Source: Hydrolagus colliei
Taxonomy: Eukaryota
Direction: 5' to 3'
Assembly: GCA_035084275.1 (NCBI GenBank)
Contig: CM068757.1
Span: 4,278,001-4,342,000, forward strand
DNA: 64,000 nucleotides
Shown: piece by piece, positions 1 to 17,196 of the stretch
Layout of the letters: every line of letters begins with the position of its first letter
Position numbering within the stretch: position 1 is the stretch's first letter
Made by a program: the position numbers and the translations under genes
The notes under the pieces: model-generated
Seen by the model: only the letters and a program-made list of their open reading frames with translations
Told to the model about the DNA's origin: nothing
Database searches by the model: none

Positions 1-6248
<6,248 letters not shown>

Positions 6249-7129
6249 GATGACAATGTGATATGTTCACTGAGTAGCCTTATTCCTGTCAGATAGTAAG
6301 TATAGTTAATAAATATGCATTAGTTTATATTCATGAATACAGTCCATTGCTTTCCAATTCTCTTCAAAAGGTTCTACTCCGCCTTCATAATCAGTTATGT
6401 TTGCTCCTGAAATACTGAGTAGAACAAAATTGTCTCAGCTTGCTTTTGCAAGGTAATATATCTACTTTAAAAACGTTTTTTAAATGATTCTAGATCAACC
6501 TGCTCTAGAGCAACTGAATTACATCAGTTTCCAGGAATCAAAATCAATATCTTTACTTCTGAAGATTAAAGCAGTTTCTGTATAGCACTAAAGTCAGAAA
6601 GACTGTAATAAGCTCCTACAAATCTGAAACAAGTACTGCAGAGATGAGATGCAGATTTCACTTTGTGCTAAAATCAGATATAACTGCCTCGAATATTAAA
6701 GTAAGCAAACCCACCTCCCAATGGCCAAGAACAGAGGTTTCTAATTCTATTCAGAAGTGGTTCACAATGACATTCGTGAAACTTAACTACTCAAGATTGG
6801 AATGTGTAAGCTTCAAATAAATTGCAATTTAATGGAGTCAAATATCAGTTTGTCATCAAGGTAAATTTTTCTCCACAAATGGACTTTCAAGCGCATTGGA
6901 ACGTCCTCCTGACTATACAAATGTATTTTTGTTATTATTGTTCAAACTTTATGCATGATAATCTTCTTCAAGCCCAATGTCCTTTGTGCATTCTGAACAA
7001 TCAGTCGATAGAAATTTCACATCCTTTTTCTTCCCTTGACCACCGCTGCTCTTCTCCCATGTGCTGATCTTCTCTTCACCTAATCAGGCTCAACCTGTAG
7101 TTTTTAATTTCTGGCATACATTAACAGTT

Positions 7130-7420
7130 GCCTCTATTAACCCATCTATTAACTACCTCTCCGATCTGATAACCAGTTATCAACCTGTCTGCTATCCCTG
7201 CTCTGTAGACTCTAGTCTGCTCCAAGTCCCCCGACTAGCCTGCCACATGAGTGATCGGTCCTGTAACCGCACTGTCCCAGCCCTCTGGAACTCAATCCCA
7301 CATCCTCTCTCCGCCCTACCTGATGCTGAACCCCAATAACCCCGTTTGGGTCCTATTCCCCAATCCCTGACTTTGGAACATCCTCCCGACATGAAAGGCA
7401 CTTTCTAACGTAATTTTGCA
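7130..7420 (+). mobile_element. Degraded L2 3' fragment
   Basis: ...YLSDLITSYQP...VPALWNSIP; tail cctcccgacatgaaaggcac. Confidence 0.6.
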
Positions 7421-8027
7421 TTGCATATTCCTGCACTGTCAAACCTCAGTTTTCCAACACTGTTGATCTGCCAGCTCTACCTCTCCTAATGACAGAAATC
7501 TGAAATGGGATTACACAGTCTTTACACTAATTTAATACAAATGTGATATCATGAATTAACTAACAACCGGTTACTTTTCTAATGCTGTAACTATTGTAGA
7601 GACTAATCAAATGCAAGAATTGCTAGATTAATGATTCTTAATTTGTCCCAGAAATATCCCACGTATAAAATGAGCTGGCTGACTGAATCTGGTTCTGAGT
7701 GAGAAATTAATATTGCTTAGTACATAAGAAGGAGGGAATGTTATGTTTCCATCATGTAACCGCCCCCATTAATCCAGTACATTTCAACCAAGATAAAACA
7801 AAGAGGTTCCTCTTAAAATAAACACCACTACAATGATTACACATCAAATGAAAATAGTCTTACACTATTCCATTTTCATCTAGGCTTCACTGTTCTCACA
7901 ATTTTTAAATGCTGCAATACAAAATCTTTACATTAAACATTATTTTCATAAAGAAAATGAATGTTATGTCTTAACTGCTTGCAGCTCTATATCCTTTTGA
8001 GCTCTGTATGAACAATTTTTTCCCCAT

Positions 8028-9205
8028 AATAATCTTTGCATTTGATATAATGCGTTATCACGTCTTTAAGACAAGCGCTTCACAGAAAATACTGAATTGA
8101 CTATATTTTGTGGGCAAATCACAGGATCCAATTGTGTCCCACAAACTGTCATGGATTGAGTGACCATCAATTTTATTATCTTCAAAAGATATTCACCAAT
8201 CAACTAACAAACTGGTTCCCACTTACTGCTTACTGGTTCCTACTTAATGATGAAGGAAACAGGTCGGTGGAGTAAGGAAACTTGCCCAACGTTTCGCCCT
8301 GCCCAGAACTTAAACCCATGTCCTTTCTCTTGCGATGTGAGTGATCCAACCAACAACAACAACAACAAATTACATTTATAGAGCGCCTTTCACGTCGGGA
8401 GGACGTCCCAAGGCACTATACAGGAGGCGTGTGACCCGAGCTGGGAGAGGAGTGTTTGGGAAGGGGTGAAACACAAAGGGGAGGTAAAAGAGTTCGGGGT
8501 GGAACAAAAGGCACGATCGAAGAGGAAAGTCTTCAAACCGGCCTTGAAAGAGGAAAGAGAAGAGACGAAACGGAGGGATTGAGGGATGGCATTCCATAGG
8601 GTGGGAGTGGAGAAACTGAAGGCCCGGCCTCCGATGGTGGGGTGGTTCGGGCGGGGGGCTTGGAGCAGGCCAAGTCCTGTTGAACGGAGGGTCCAGGTGG
8701 GCGTGTAGGGGGAAGAGTAGATTGGTTAGATAGGGTGGGGCAAGGCCGTGTAAGGCCTTGTGGGTGAGGACGAGGATCTTGAACTCGATCCTCTGGAGGA
8801 TGGGGAGCCAATGGAGACGGGCGAGGGTGGGGGTTATGTGGTCGCGGAGGCGGGTGCGGGATAGTACATGGGCTGCAGAGTTTTGGATGGCCTGCAGCCT
8901 GTGAATGGAGGAACTGGGGAGGCCGACGAGGAGAGAATTTCCGTAGTCCAGCCGTGAGGTGATGTATGCATGCACGAGTGTTTCGGCAGCGCGGGGGGTA
9001 AGATAGTTGCGGAGCCTGGCAATGTTGCACAGGTGGATATAAGCGGTGCCGGTCAAGGCACGGATGTGGGGGAGGAAGGAAAGTTTTTGATCGAACATGA
9101 TGCCGAGGTTCCTGATTGGCTTTGTGAGGTGGAGTGCAGCCTTGAATGTTGAGGCTGGCAGCGCCCGATGTGCGGGCTATAGCCACTAAGCTATAGGACT
9201 CCACA
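8028..9205 (-). mobile_element. SINE split by an L2 insertion (SINE parts ~8028-8350 and ~9182-9205)
   Basis: Head gtggagtcctatagcttagtggc at 9205-9182 continues below 8350 into the B box and body. Confidence 0.7.
8351..9170 (-). mobile_element. Young 5'-truncated L2-clade LINE (ORF2 C-terminus, 3' end, (TTG)n tail)
   Basis: FDQKLSFLPHI...[13 protein letters not shown]...[20 protein letters not shown]...LHWLPILQRIEFKIL, typical L2 post-RT region; frameshifted. Confidence 0.92.
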
Positions 9206-10039
9206 CTATACAGGACAATACTACTCATCACTTTTTTTTTAAAAGAAACATTAACTCAGTGAGATCCATACAAAGTAATACTCCAGCTATCAGAGGCAGT
9301 CACAGGAAAGCTGCCTTGTGACGATCAACCTTGCTGCTCTAAAACTTCCTCCCAACATGATTTACCATTGTTGACATTCAAAAATTGCTCCCTCTAGCTC
9401 TATTGAAAGGAATGGATTTCAAGGTATCCCATTCACTAGAATTTTTTTAAATCTTGAAGTAACCTTAACAAGCATAGTGGAAGGAGGAAATAGAACAAGA
9501 AGAGTCACAAGAGGAAAGAAAGCAAACAAATCTCACTATAAGAAAGTTGAAACACAATAGATAAACTTAGCAAGATGGAAATGACAATGATGAAGGAAAA
9601 TAAAAGACAGCAAGAATGCAAAGCAACTTCACATGAGTCACTCATGATGGATGTTGCATTGTGATGGGTCATTCAATCAACCCTTCGCCTTTCAAAGAGA
9701 CTATTCTAAAATAAATGAAATATTATCCTCATACTCTTCTTTTCCCATTGAAACAAAAGCACTCGTGATCAGCAAATTACTGTGCCACTTGAAAAGACAG
9801 CCAAGACTACACAGAAGTATATAAGGGTCGATAAATATCGCATCAGACATTGTCAACGACAATTTACAAACTACAGAAACTGAAAAAGATCCTTTCTATA
9901 TTGCACTTCCTTTCTACATCATCCTGTATGGGTCGTCTTCCCAACATGAAAGGCGCTCTATCAACGTAATTTTGTTGTTGTTGGGTCACGAATGCTACAA
10001 GAAGACTCAGGAAGTAGTATCAGAAATTGATATTGACGA

Positions 10040-10146
10040 AGTTCTGACGAAGGGTTGTAGACCCAAAACGTTGTCTCTTTTTCCTTTCTCCATGGATGCT
10101 ACCTGACCTGCTGAGTTTCCCCAGCAACTTCTGTTTTTGTTTCAGA
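10040..10146 (+). mobile_element. Penelope-type terminal fragment with degenerate minimal hammerhead motif
   Basis: agttCTGACGAagggttgtagacccAAAAcgttgtct...gatgctacctgacctgctgagtttccccagcaacttctgtttttg; second copy inverted at 17092-17196. Family assignment from recalled similarity. Confidence 0.65.
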
Positions 10147-10149
10147 AAT

Positions 10150-10330
10150 TGATCAGTTAGAAGGCAGGTGAGGACTGCCATGGTTGTGTGGACTTTGGGA
10201 ATTTTGAATTTACTCAGGTTTATGGGTAGGGTAGGTAGTCCATTAGAGACGTTTTGGCAGGAGGCAACAAAAGTGTGAATAACAGTTTTTACATTTGGTG
10301 AGATACAAATGCAAGTGGGCAATGAGGCAA
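10150..10330 (-). mobile_element. Highly degraded L2 ORF2 fragment
   Basis: KTVIHTFVASCQNVSNGL resembles [18 protein letters not shown]. Confidence 0.45.
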
Positions 10331-11936
10331 CAGTGAAAGCAATAATTCCTGGATTATCAATTTAATTTTCTGGGGTCATCCAGGTGTCTAGACACATGCA
10401 GAAATCCATCACCATACCCAAGTATCCAACGCAATAAGTTTGCCCCTCACTTATGAAAAATGTTCAGTATTGAATAGAAGGCTCTCCCTCAGGGAATGCA
10501 GTGTTCACCCCATTCCTGGGTGTTATAGCACAAGTTGGCAAGAACCAACCCCAAATCCAAGGCACAAAAACTCAGCACCATGTGGGTGCTCCAGGAGTTC
10601 AACCAGCTAAAACCGCACATCTTGCTATTGAATGCACTGTCTGGCAAGCCTCCCATTTTGTTCTCCCATTTCGGACGATCCCAACAGTTACAGCTTTGTT
10701 CTGTAGGATTAACAAGAGCTGAGTAGGACGAATCCCTGCCCACATTGAGTGGTCTGCTGCTCCAAATTCTGCCAATGAGCCACACTATTTGTTCTGTCAT
10801 CAGCAATACTGCAGACTTGTCCGAATGGTGTTACCAAGCAAGTCTGTCACCTTGGAGCCATCCCACCTTGTGGGTGATGCTGATTACCACCTCCCCTCCA
10901 CACCCCCACCAAAAAAAATCATAAACTATCATGAGATTGAGGGAGATTACAGGATTTGTTCACTACACATTGTGCTTTCAGAGCGAGTAATTAACCTATT
11001 CCAAACTGACATTTCACAGTACAGTACTGTATAATTAAGGGCCCTCGGTGGTGAAAATGGCTGCACTTTACACAAGTCAGTCCATTACGGGTCATTGTGG
11101 TCCCGCCCACCAAGTTTAAATCCACTATCTTTATTTTGACGGCTTGTATAACAGCTCCATCACCTGGAAATAGAAATAAATGTACGTAGCCAGCTAACTG
11201 ATGGAACGTTTATCGTCCATTCAGATTCAGCACTACAGAGTCAAATGTTGCACATTACTATCCTTATTGTGGGCTCATTTGGCGGATAGGTTTCACAAGT
11301 TAACACAGGACAAGCCGGGAAGGTACTCGCATGGCCTGCAGTCATTTAAAAAGCAGAAAGGATGTGGCCCAACAAAAAGCCATCATCCACCCACAACCTA
11401 GGTGTTGTGTGTGTGTAACAGGGGCCCCATCTACCTTTCTCTCTCCCACAGGCCGGGTGAGAGAAAGTGCTCGGCCTTTTGTTTTGCTTTTTTACCCCAT
11501 CCAAAAAAAACTTATACTAAACATAGAATGTCGTTACCAGACAACGGGGAAGGGGGAGTGAACCTGATATTTAAAACCTGTGCGTGAGGAGGAATTAATT
11601 GCAACACACACACACAAATAACACCGCTCATGTGTCCCGGGTGGGGGACGGGGGGAAACCACGACGACGACAAGGGGAATTCAAGCCCCACTATATCCTC
11701 CCGCACCCGTTTTATGAACGCTTCCCCTGCGCGTTTTCCAGTGAGCTGCGAACAATCAATCCGGGCGACCCCCACCCACCCTTAGCACCGAACCGTCATG
11801 ATGAAAAGGGAGAGTGGGAGGGAGGGAAGATTAAAAAAAAAACGCCGGCTGCAGCCGTCTCACAAATCTCCTCCCCCCTCACTTGCCACCCCTGAGACTG
11901 TAAACAGGCAGCTGCCTCGGCCTACTTATTACAGTA

Positions 11937-11982
11937 TCTCTCTCTCTCTCTCTCCCTATATATATATATATATGCACACACA
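11937..11982. repeat. Compound (TC)n(TA)n(CA)n microsatellite
   Basis: Directly visible. Confidence 0.9.
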
Positions 11983-12460
11983 CAGTATATTATACAAAAT
12001 AAGTGTGCGTCTGTATATGCAGAGATCAAAATAAACCGTGACTGCGCAACGACTACAGAAAACACGACGCCAGCGGTTCAAGCGTCCGTTCGCCTGCCAA
12101 CAGCCAGCCTGGGCCTGAGGGAGGAGGAGGAGGAGGAGTTCGGGCTTCATTGTGTAAAACGGGCCCCCATTTCCTCCCCACCTCCCCGACCACCACCCCG
12201 TCAAGCACATCGGCAACGATAGAGAAAAAAGGGGGCAAGGGAGGGAGGGAGGAGGTAGTGGAAGATGAAGATGGGGGCGCATTGCATTTCCCTTCCAATT
12301 CAACGTTCGGCCTTTCTGATCTACACAACAAACAATAAAAAAAACTCCCATCTTTCGCTCTCTGTCTTATCTTTCTGTCCGTTTATTCTTAGCTCACCTC
12401 CCCCTTTCCCCCCGGCTAAATCGTCAGTCGTTACCACCGGTCTCGGTGTATGTATATGAC

Positions 12461-12630
12461 CTGGGCCGGGTTGCTCCCCTCCTCCTGCTCCTTCTTTTAA
12501 CCGACTTCTTCCACCCGTTTATCGGATCGGGACCGTTAGCGACGGGCAGCGAATTTGAATTTTTTTCCCCTGTCGCGAGCTTTCTTTTCCTCCCCGCCCC
12601 CCCCTCACTCTCCCTCTCAATGTCACGCCT
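12461..12630 (-). other. CKAP5: Probable CKAP5 non-coding exon 1 (boundaries uncertain)
   Basis: Exon 2 starts with an acceptor, so an upstream exon is required. Lies in the CpG-rich zone below the promoter motifs. Candidate donors CAG/GTCATA (12460) or GTG/GTAACG (12434); TSS not determinable. Confidence 0.45.
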
Positions 12631-12840
12631 CACTCGATTGGTCGACGGCCAGTTCCAACCCACAGTCACGGCCTGGCTGATTGGTTCGATTTAAATTTGA
12701 ACGGCGCGGAAGCTCGCGGGAGCTCCACCCCTCATCGCCCTCCCCTCCCCCACCACGGGGCGGGGCAGCCGGCGTGGCGGGGCGTGGCCTTTGTGACGTA
12801 AAGACGGCGGCGGACGTGCAGCGCGGGTAGCACGTTGGCC
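12540..12840 (-). promoter_or_regulatory. CKAP5 TATA-less CpG-island promoter
   Basis: CCAAT boxes (ATTGG 12637-12641, 12680-12684); TTTAAA/TTTGAA 12690-12701; TTTGAA 12554-12559; CGGAAG 12707-12712; GC boxes 12757-12765 and ~12776-12788; TGACGTAA 12794-12801; CpG-rich from ~11600 to 12850. Confidence 0.8.
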
Positions 12841-12962
12841 TGTTGACCATTGTCAGGGTGTTTTGCATTGAACCCTTTGTTGATTTGTTACCATGGGGCT
12901 CAATGGCTGAGTGTTTGTGGGTGAAGCTGGGGCTGTCTTGGTGTCCGGAGACTTTAGATAAC

Positions 12963-13240
12963 AATCATGATAATCCTTGCCTTTGACATCGCGCTTTTCA
13001 CGTCTTCAAGACGCCTCAAAGCGCTTCACAGAATAGACTGCAAAGTGAATTGACTTTATATTTGTGTGCGAAACGTGGCAGCCAATCGCACACAGCAGCG
13101 TCCCACAAGCAGTCATGGATTGAAATGACCAATTTATTAATGGTTTTTGGTGATTATTATTATGAGGCGTGTGGAGGAGTAAGGAAACTTGCCCAAGGTT
13201 TCGCCCTGCCCTGCCTGGAACCGAACCCAGGTATCTCAAT
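12963..13240 (-). mobile_element. Young SINE, head partly missing
   Basis: Reverse-complement match to 2373-2682 from the B box to the tail. Confidence 0.85.
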
Positions 13241-13266
13241 GTCTCCTTACTTAATGTCTCCGTAAT

Positions 13267-13479
13267 TTTCCTTGCTCCTCCACACGCCCGATAATAATAA
13301 TCCCTAAAATATTGGTCATTTAAATCCACGCCTGTTTGTGGGACACTGCTGTGCGCAATTGGCTGTCGCGTTTAACCCACAAATAGTCAATTCACTTTAC
13401 AGTGTATTCTGTGAAGCGCTTTGAGACGTCCTGTAGACCTGAAAGTATTGTAACAAATGCATGGATTTTTATTACTATT
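13267..13479 (+). mobile_element. Young SINE body and tail, inverted relative to neighbour
   Basis: Matches SINE body from tttccttgctcc to ggattttattac. Confidence 0.85.
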
Positions 13480-13546
13480 GTATGATGATAATTCTTGCAT
13501 TCGATATAGCCCTTTATTATGTCTCAAAGCGCTTCACTAGATCTTC

Positions 13547-14250
13547 GCTTGACCGGCACCGCTTATTTCCACCTGCGCAACATTGCCAGGCTCCGCAATT
13601 ATCTTACCTCCCGCGCTGCCGAAACACTCGTGCACGCATACATCACCTCACGGCTGGACTACGGAAACTCCTCATCGGCCTCCCCAGTTCCTCCATTCAC
13701 AGGCTGCAGGTCATCCAAAACTCTGCAGCCCGTGTACTATCCCGCACCCGCCTCCGCGACCACATAACCCCCACCCTCGCCCGTCTCCACTGGCTCCCCA
13801 TCCTCCAGAGGATCGAGTTCAAGATCCTCGTCCTCACCTACAAGGCCTTACACGGCCTTGCCCCACCCTATCTAACCGATCTACTCTCCCCCTACACGCC
13901 CACCCGGACCCTCCGTTCAACAGGACTTGGCCTGCTCCAAGCCCCCGCCCGAACCGCCCCACCATCGGAGGCCAGGCCTTCAGTTTCTCCGCTCCCACCC
14001 TATGGAATGCCATCCCTCAATCCCTCCGTTTCGTCTCTTCCCTTTCCTCTTTCAAGGCCGGTTTGAAGACTTTCCTCTTCGATCGTGCCTTTTGTTCCAC
14101 CCCGAACTCTTTTACCTCCCCTTCGTGTTTCACCCCTTCCCAAACACTCCCCTCCCAGCTCGGGTCACACGCCTCCTGTGCAGCGCCTTGGGACGTCCTC
14201 CCGACGTGAAAGGCGCTCTATAAATGTAATTTGTTGTTGTTGTTGTTGTT
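13547..14250 (+). mobile_element. Young 5'-truncated L2 LINE, near-identical inverted copy of 8351-9057
   Basis: [16 protein letters not shown]...LHWLPILQRIEFKILVLTYKALHGLAPPYL...; ORF2 stop at 14209; (TTG)n tail. Confidence 0.92.
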
Positions 14251-17091
14251 CGCTAAACTGTACTGGCTGTGTATTTTTGGATATTTGTTTTTAGATAACA
14301 CTGAGGCAAAAATTGTTCAATCTCTCACACACGTAATATAAATCATGCATCTGAATAGCCACAAATTGGATATAGTTAATTAATCATCACTTTTTCTCAC
14401 ACTGAAAAGCTTTCAGAAAAGAAGTAATCATTTTATTACTGTGCACTTTTTAACTATATAAATGCAGCCCTTAATCAAAATGTAAAGGTAGGTGTAAATA
14501 AATATATCCTGAATAATTATTCTCCTACATTGTATCTGCTGAAATGCTAAAAGCGAAGTTGTCATTTCAGACATTTGTGAAGTGAGTAGAATTATCTATT
14601 ACATCATTGTTTTAATTGCCAAATCATATGGAATGTAAAAAGGCATTCTGGCACTTGATAAGCAAACCCACATACTATTTTCTGGTTTCTTTACAATACT
14701 CTGGTTACTATTTCATGAGCAATTGATTTACATGCTTAAAATATAATTTGAGGTGCAAGGTATAATTCTGACTGAATAATCTTGCCACATTTGTTAAATG
14801 ACTTTAATTACATTTTTATTGTGCCTTTCTTGTAAAATAAAACATCTTGGAGCACTTTACAACAATAACATTTATTTGAAATGAGCTTAATGTTCTTATT
14901 ATACACATTGGCAAATGGAGTAGATGATTTGTGCCAATAATTTCAGACAAACAGGAAGTAGCCAAATAATTTGTAGAGGAAATTTGAATGAGGAGGGAAT
15001 AAAAACCAGGATATCTGAGAGAAAAACACTGCATTTCTTTGACAATAGGGCAAGGGGATGGTTGTGATCTCTTAATGCCCACCTGAATCACAAGGCAGAA
15101 AAAACCTGAAGGTTCTGTAAAAGAAACCAATAATAGAGTGATGATCTGAAAATTAATAATAAACATGAAATAATGTGGAGGGCTGGTCCATGTGTGTAGA
15201 CAAACCACATTCGAGCTCCCATCATCACAAGTTTTATTGAATGTGGTTCTTTGACTGTTTCATAGCATGTAGATAGTCATTCGGGTTAATTTAAGACATT
15301 GTTCCATGTATCAGAGTGAAGTTGATTGGTTGCGCTCACAGATGCATGTTGGAAGTTGTCTCTCAGACAAAATGTAATTATCAGAAGGTTTGTCAAGCCT
15401 GCTGTGGTTTAGTAACTGGTAGTAACTAACATGTAAATCAAACTGGATACATCATGGTGCCACTTGTATGCAAGGTTATCGTGAAGAAAATAATCTAAGT
15501 GGTATCCCTAGCCGATTTGATAGGCTTTTGGCTTTTTTCATTTAAGAAGCCCCTCTAGCACACTGAATTAGAGGGCATGTAATCCAGTTAAAATTAAATT
15601 TGATTGCATGGAGCACAATCATTCTTTACCGAAGAAATCTGACCAAAATCAAGGCTCAGATGTGAGACAACAATTATCGTGTGCCCCCTTTTCCTCTATG
15701 TTGAATTAGGAGTACAATACCTTTTAATGGCAAGAATCAGAAAAACTTGTCAAGTAAGAGCAAGAGAGGTAATAATCCAACACTGCATCATAAACACTCT
15801 GGCCTATTGCTTCCATAATGATTTTATGAACTCTCTCAATTGTTCCAACCTGTGTTATGATGAACTTTTTATTTTTTAGTCTAACTGCATTTCAATACAC
15901 TATGGAGCAGCGATCTGATCTTTGTTGTGCTGTAGATTGCGGTTAATTTGTTATATTAACCTCACCCTTCTATTCTAACTTCAATGATTTGCTGTAAGCA
16001 GGCAAGTATTTGCACTGAAGTGATTGCCAGTTTGTAAAATCCATTAAACTGAAATTAATCCTGTGGTCAGGGCGAGCAGCATTCTTTTTAAATTTTACTG
16101 CAGCATTCTTTGTTTGTAATGCATTCTGTAATTTTTTTTACAATGTATTACATTCTGTAAAGTATGTAGTGCCTTATCAATTTGAAATGTCCAATGCACT
16201 TCATAAATATTTACAATCAAGTTTCTATAGGCAAAACGCAGCAGCTGTTTGCAGTAGCAAAGGTGGATAAATCGCCACGTATGGAAAACAAATTAATCGA
16301 GTGTTCTGTTTGCCCAGGATACCAGGAGAAACTCCATTCTCTTTTCAAATCATTCTGTGGGATCTTTAGCACACACCTTAATAGGCTGACCAAATACAAA
16401 TATGTTTGGTCATGTCGCAAATCAATTATTTCTTAGTATTTTCTGTTTATTATACATCTCTCATGTGTTATATGATGGAAAGGTGGAGTGGGGGAAAAGG
16501 CAGAGCACGTCGACCTAAATTGGTTCCCTCAAAGGAGCACACCTACTGCAAATGAGTTAAGATTTAAATATATATCTATATATATATGTATTATATGAAA
16601 ATATTTTCTACACAGGCATTGATGTTTGAGGTTCCATTGTACAAGATGATTTCCTTTTCAGTGGTTGGTCTATTAGTGAGGTTGAAAAAAAAATGCAAAT
16701 TAGATCTCGACTATCAATTCACTGTTGTTTGCACTGCCAAATAACATTTTGAAAACAGAGCCTTATACTGTGAGGCACAATGCATCAGCTTCAATTGAAA
16801 TACAGACTTCAAGATTTAAAGGAAGACCTGACCATAATGAATATGCTTTATAAATCCTACATAATTCACAACAGAATCGGTTTATGCTAAACACAGAAAT
16901 TTCTGTTATACGGGATTGCAGAGGTTACATACTCGTAATTATTTATAAGTGTTTTAAAGAAAACATTTGGACAGTTATTCAAATGTTCGTCAAATCTGAT
17001 CGTTTTCTATTAGGAAAAGAATATTTTAAATCAATAATAAGAAGAATCCTTGCATTTGATATCAATGACAAATCAGATATTTCAATTATAA

Positions 17092-17196
17092 AACAAAAAA
17101 CAGAAATCACTGGGAGCACTCAGCAGGTCAGACAGCATCTATGGAGAAAGGAAAGTAAGTCAACATTTCGGGTCCATGACCCTTCGTCAGAACTGG
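17092..17196 (-). mobile_element. Penelope-type terminal fragment with minimal hammerhead motif
   Basis: Reverse complement agttCTGACGAagggtcatggacccGAAAtgttgact...gatgctgtctgacctgctgagtgctcccagtgatttctgtttttg. Confidence 0.68.
17158..17194 (-). ncRNA. Putative minimal type I hammerhead ribozyme motif
   Basis: Stem I AGUU/GACU, core CUGACGA(A), stem II GGGUC-AUG-GACCC, GAAA, vestigial stem III, GUU triplet; activity unproven. Confidence 0.5.

Noticed and set aside
8533-9231. 232-aa ORF and the overlapping 201/208-aa ORFs at 13461-14209
   Set aside because: Alternative or frameshifted frames of the GC-rich L2 fragments, not host genes.
11200-12964. Cluster of Pro/Gly/Leu-rich ORFs on both strands
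   Set aside because: Stop-codon scarcity in the CpG island; no recognisable domain.
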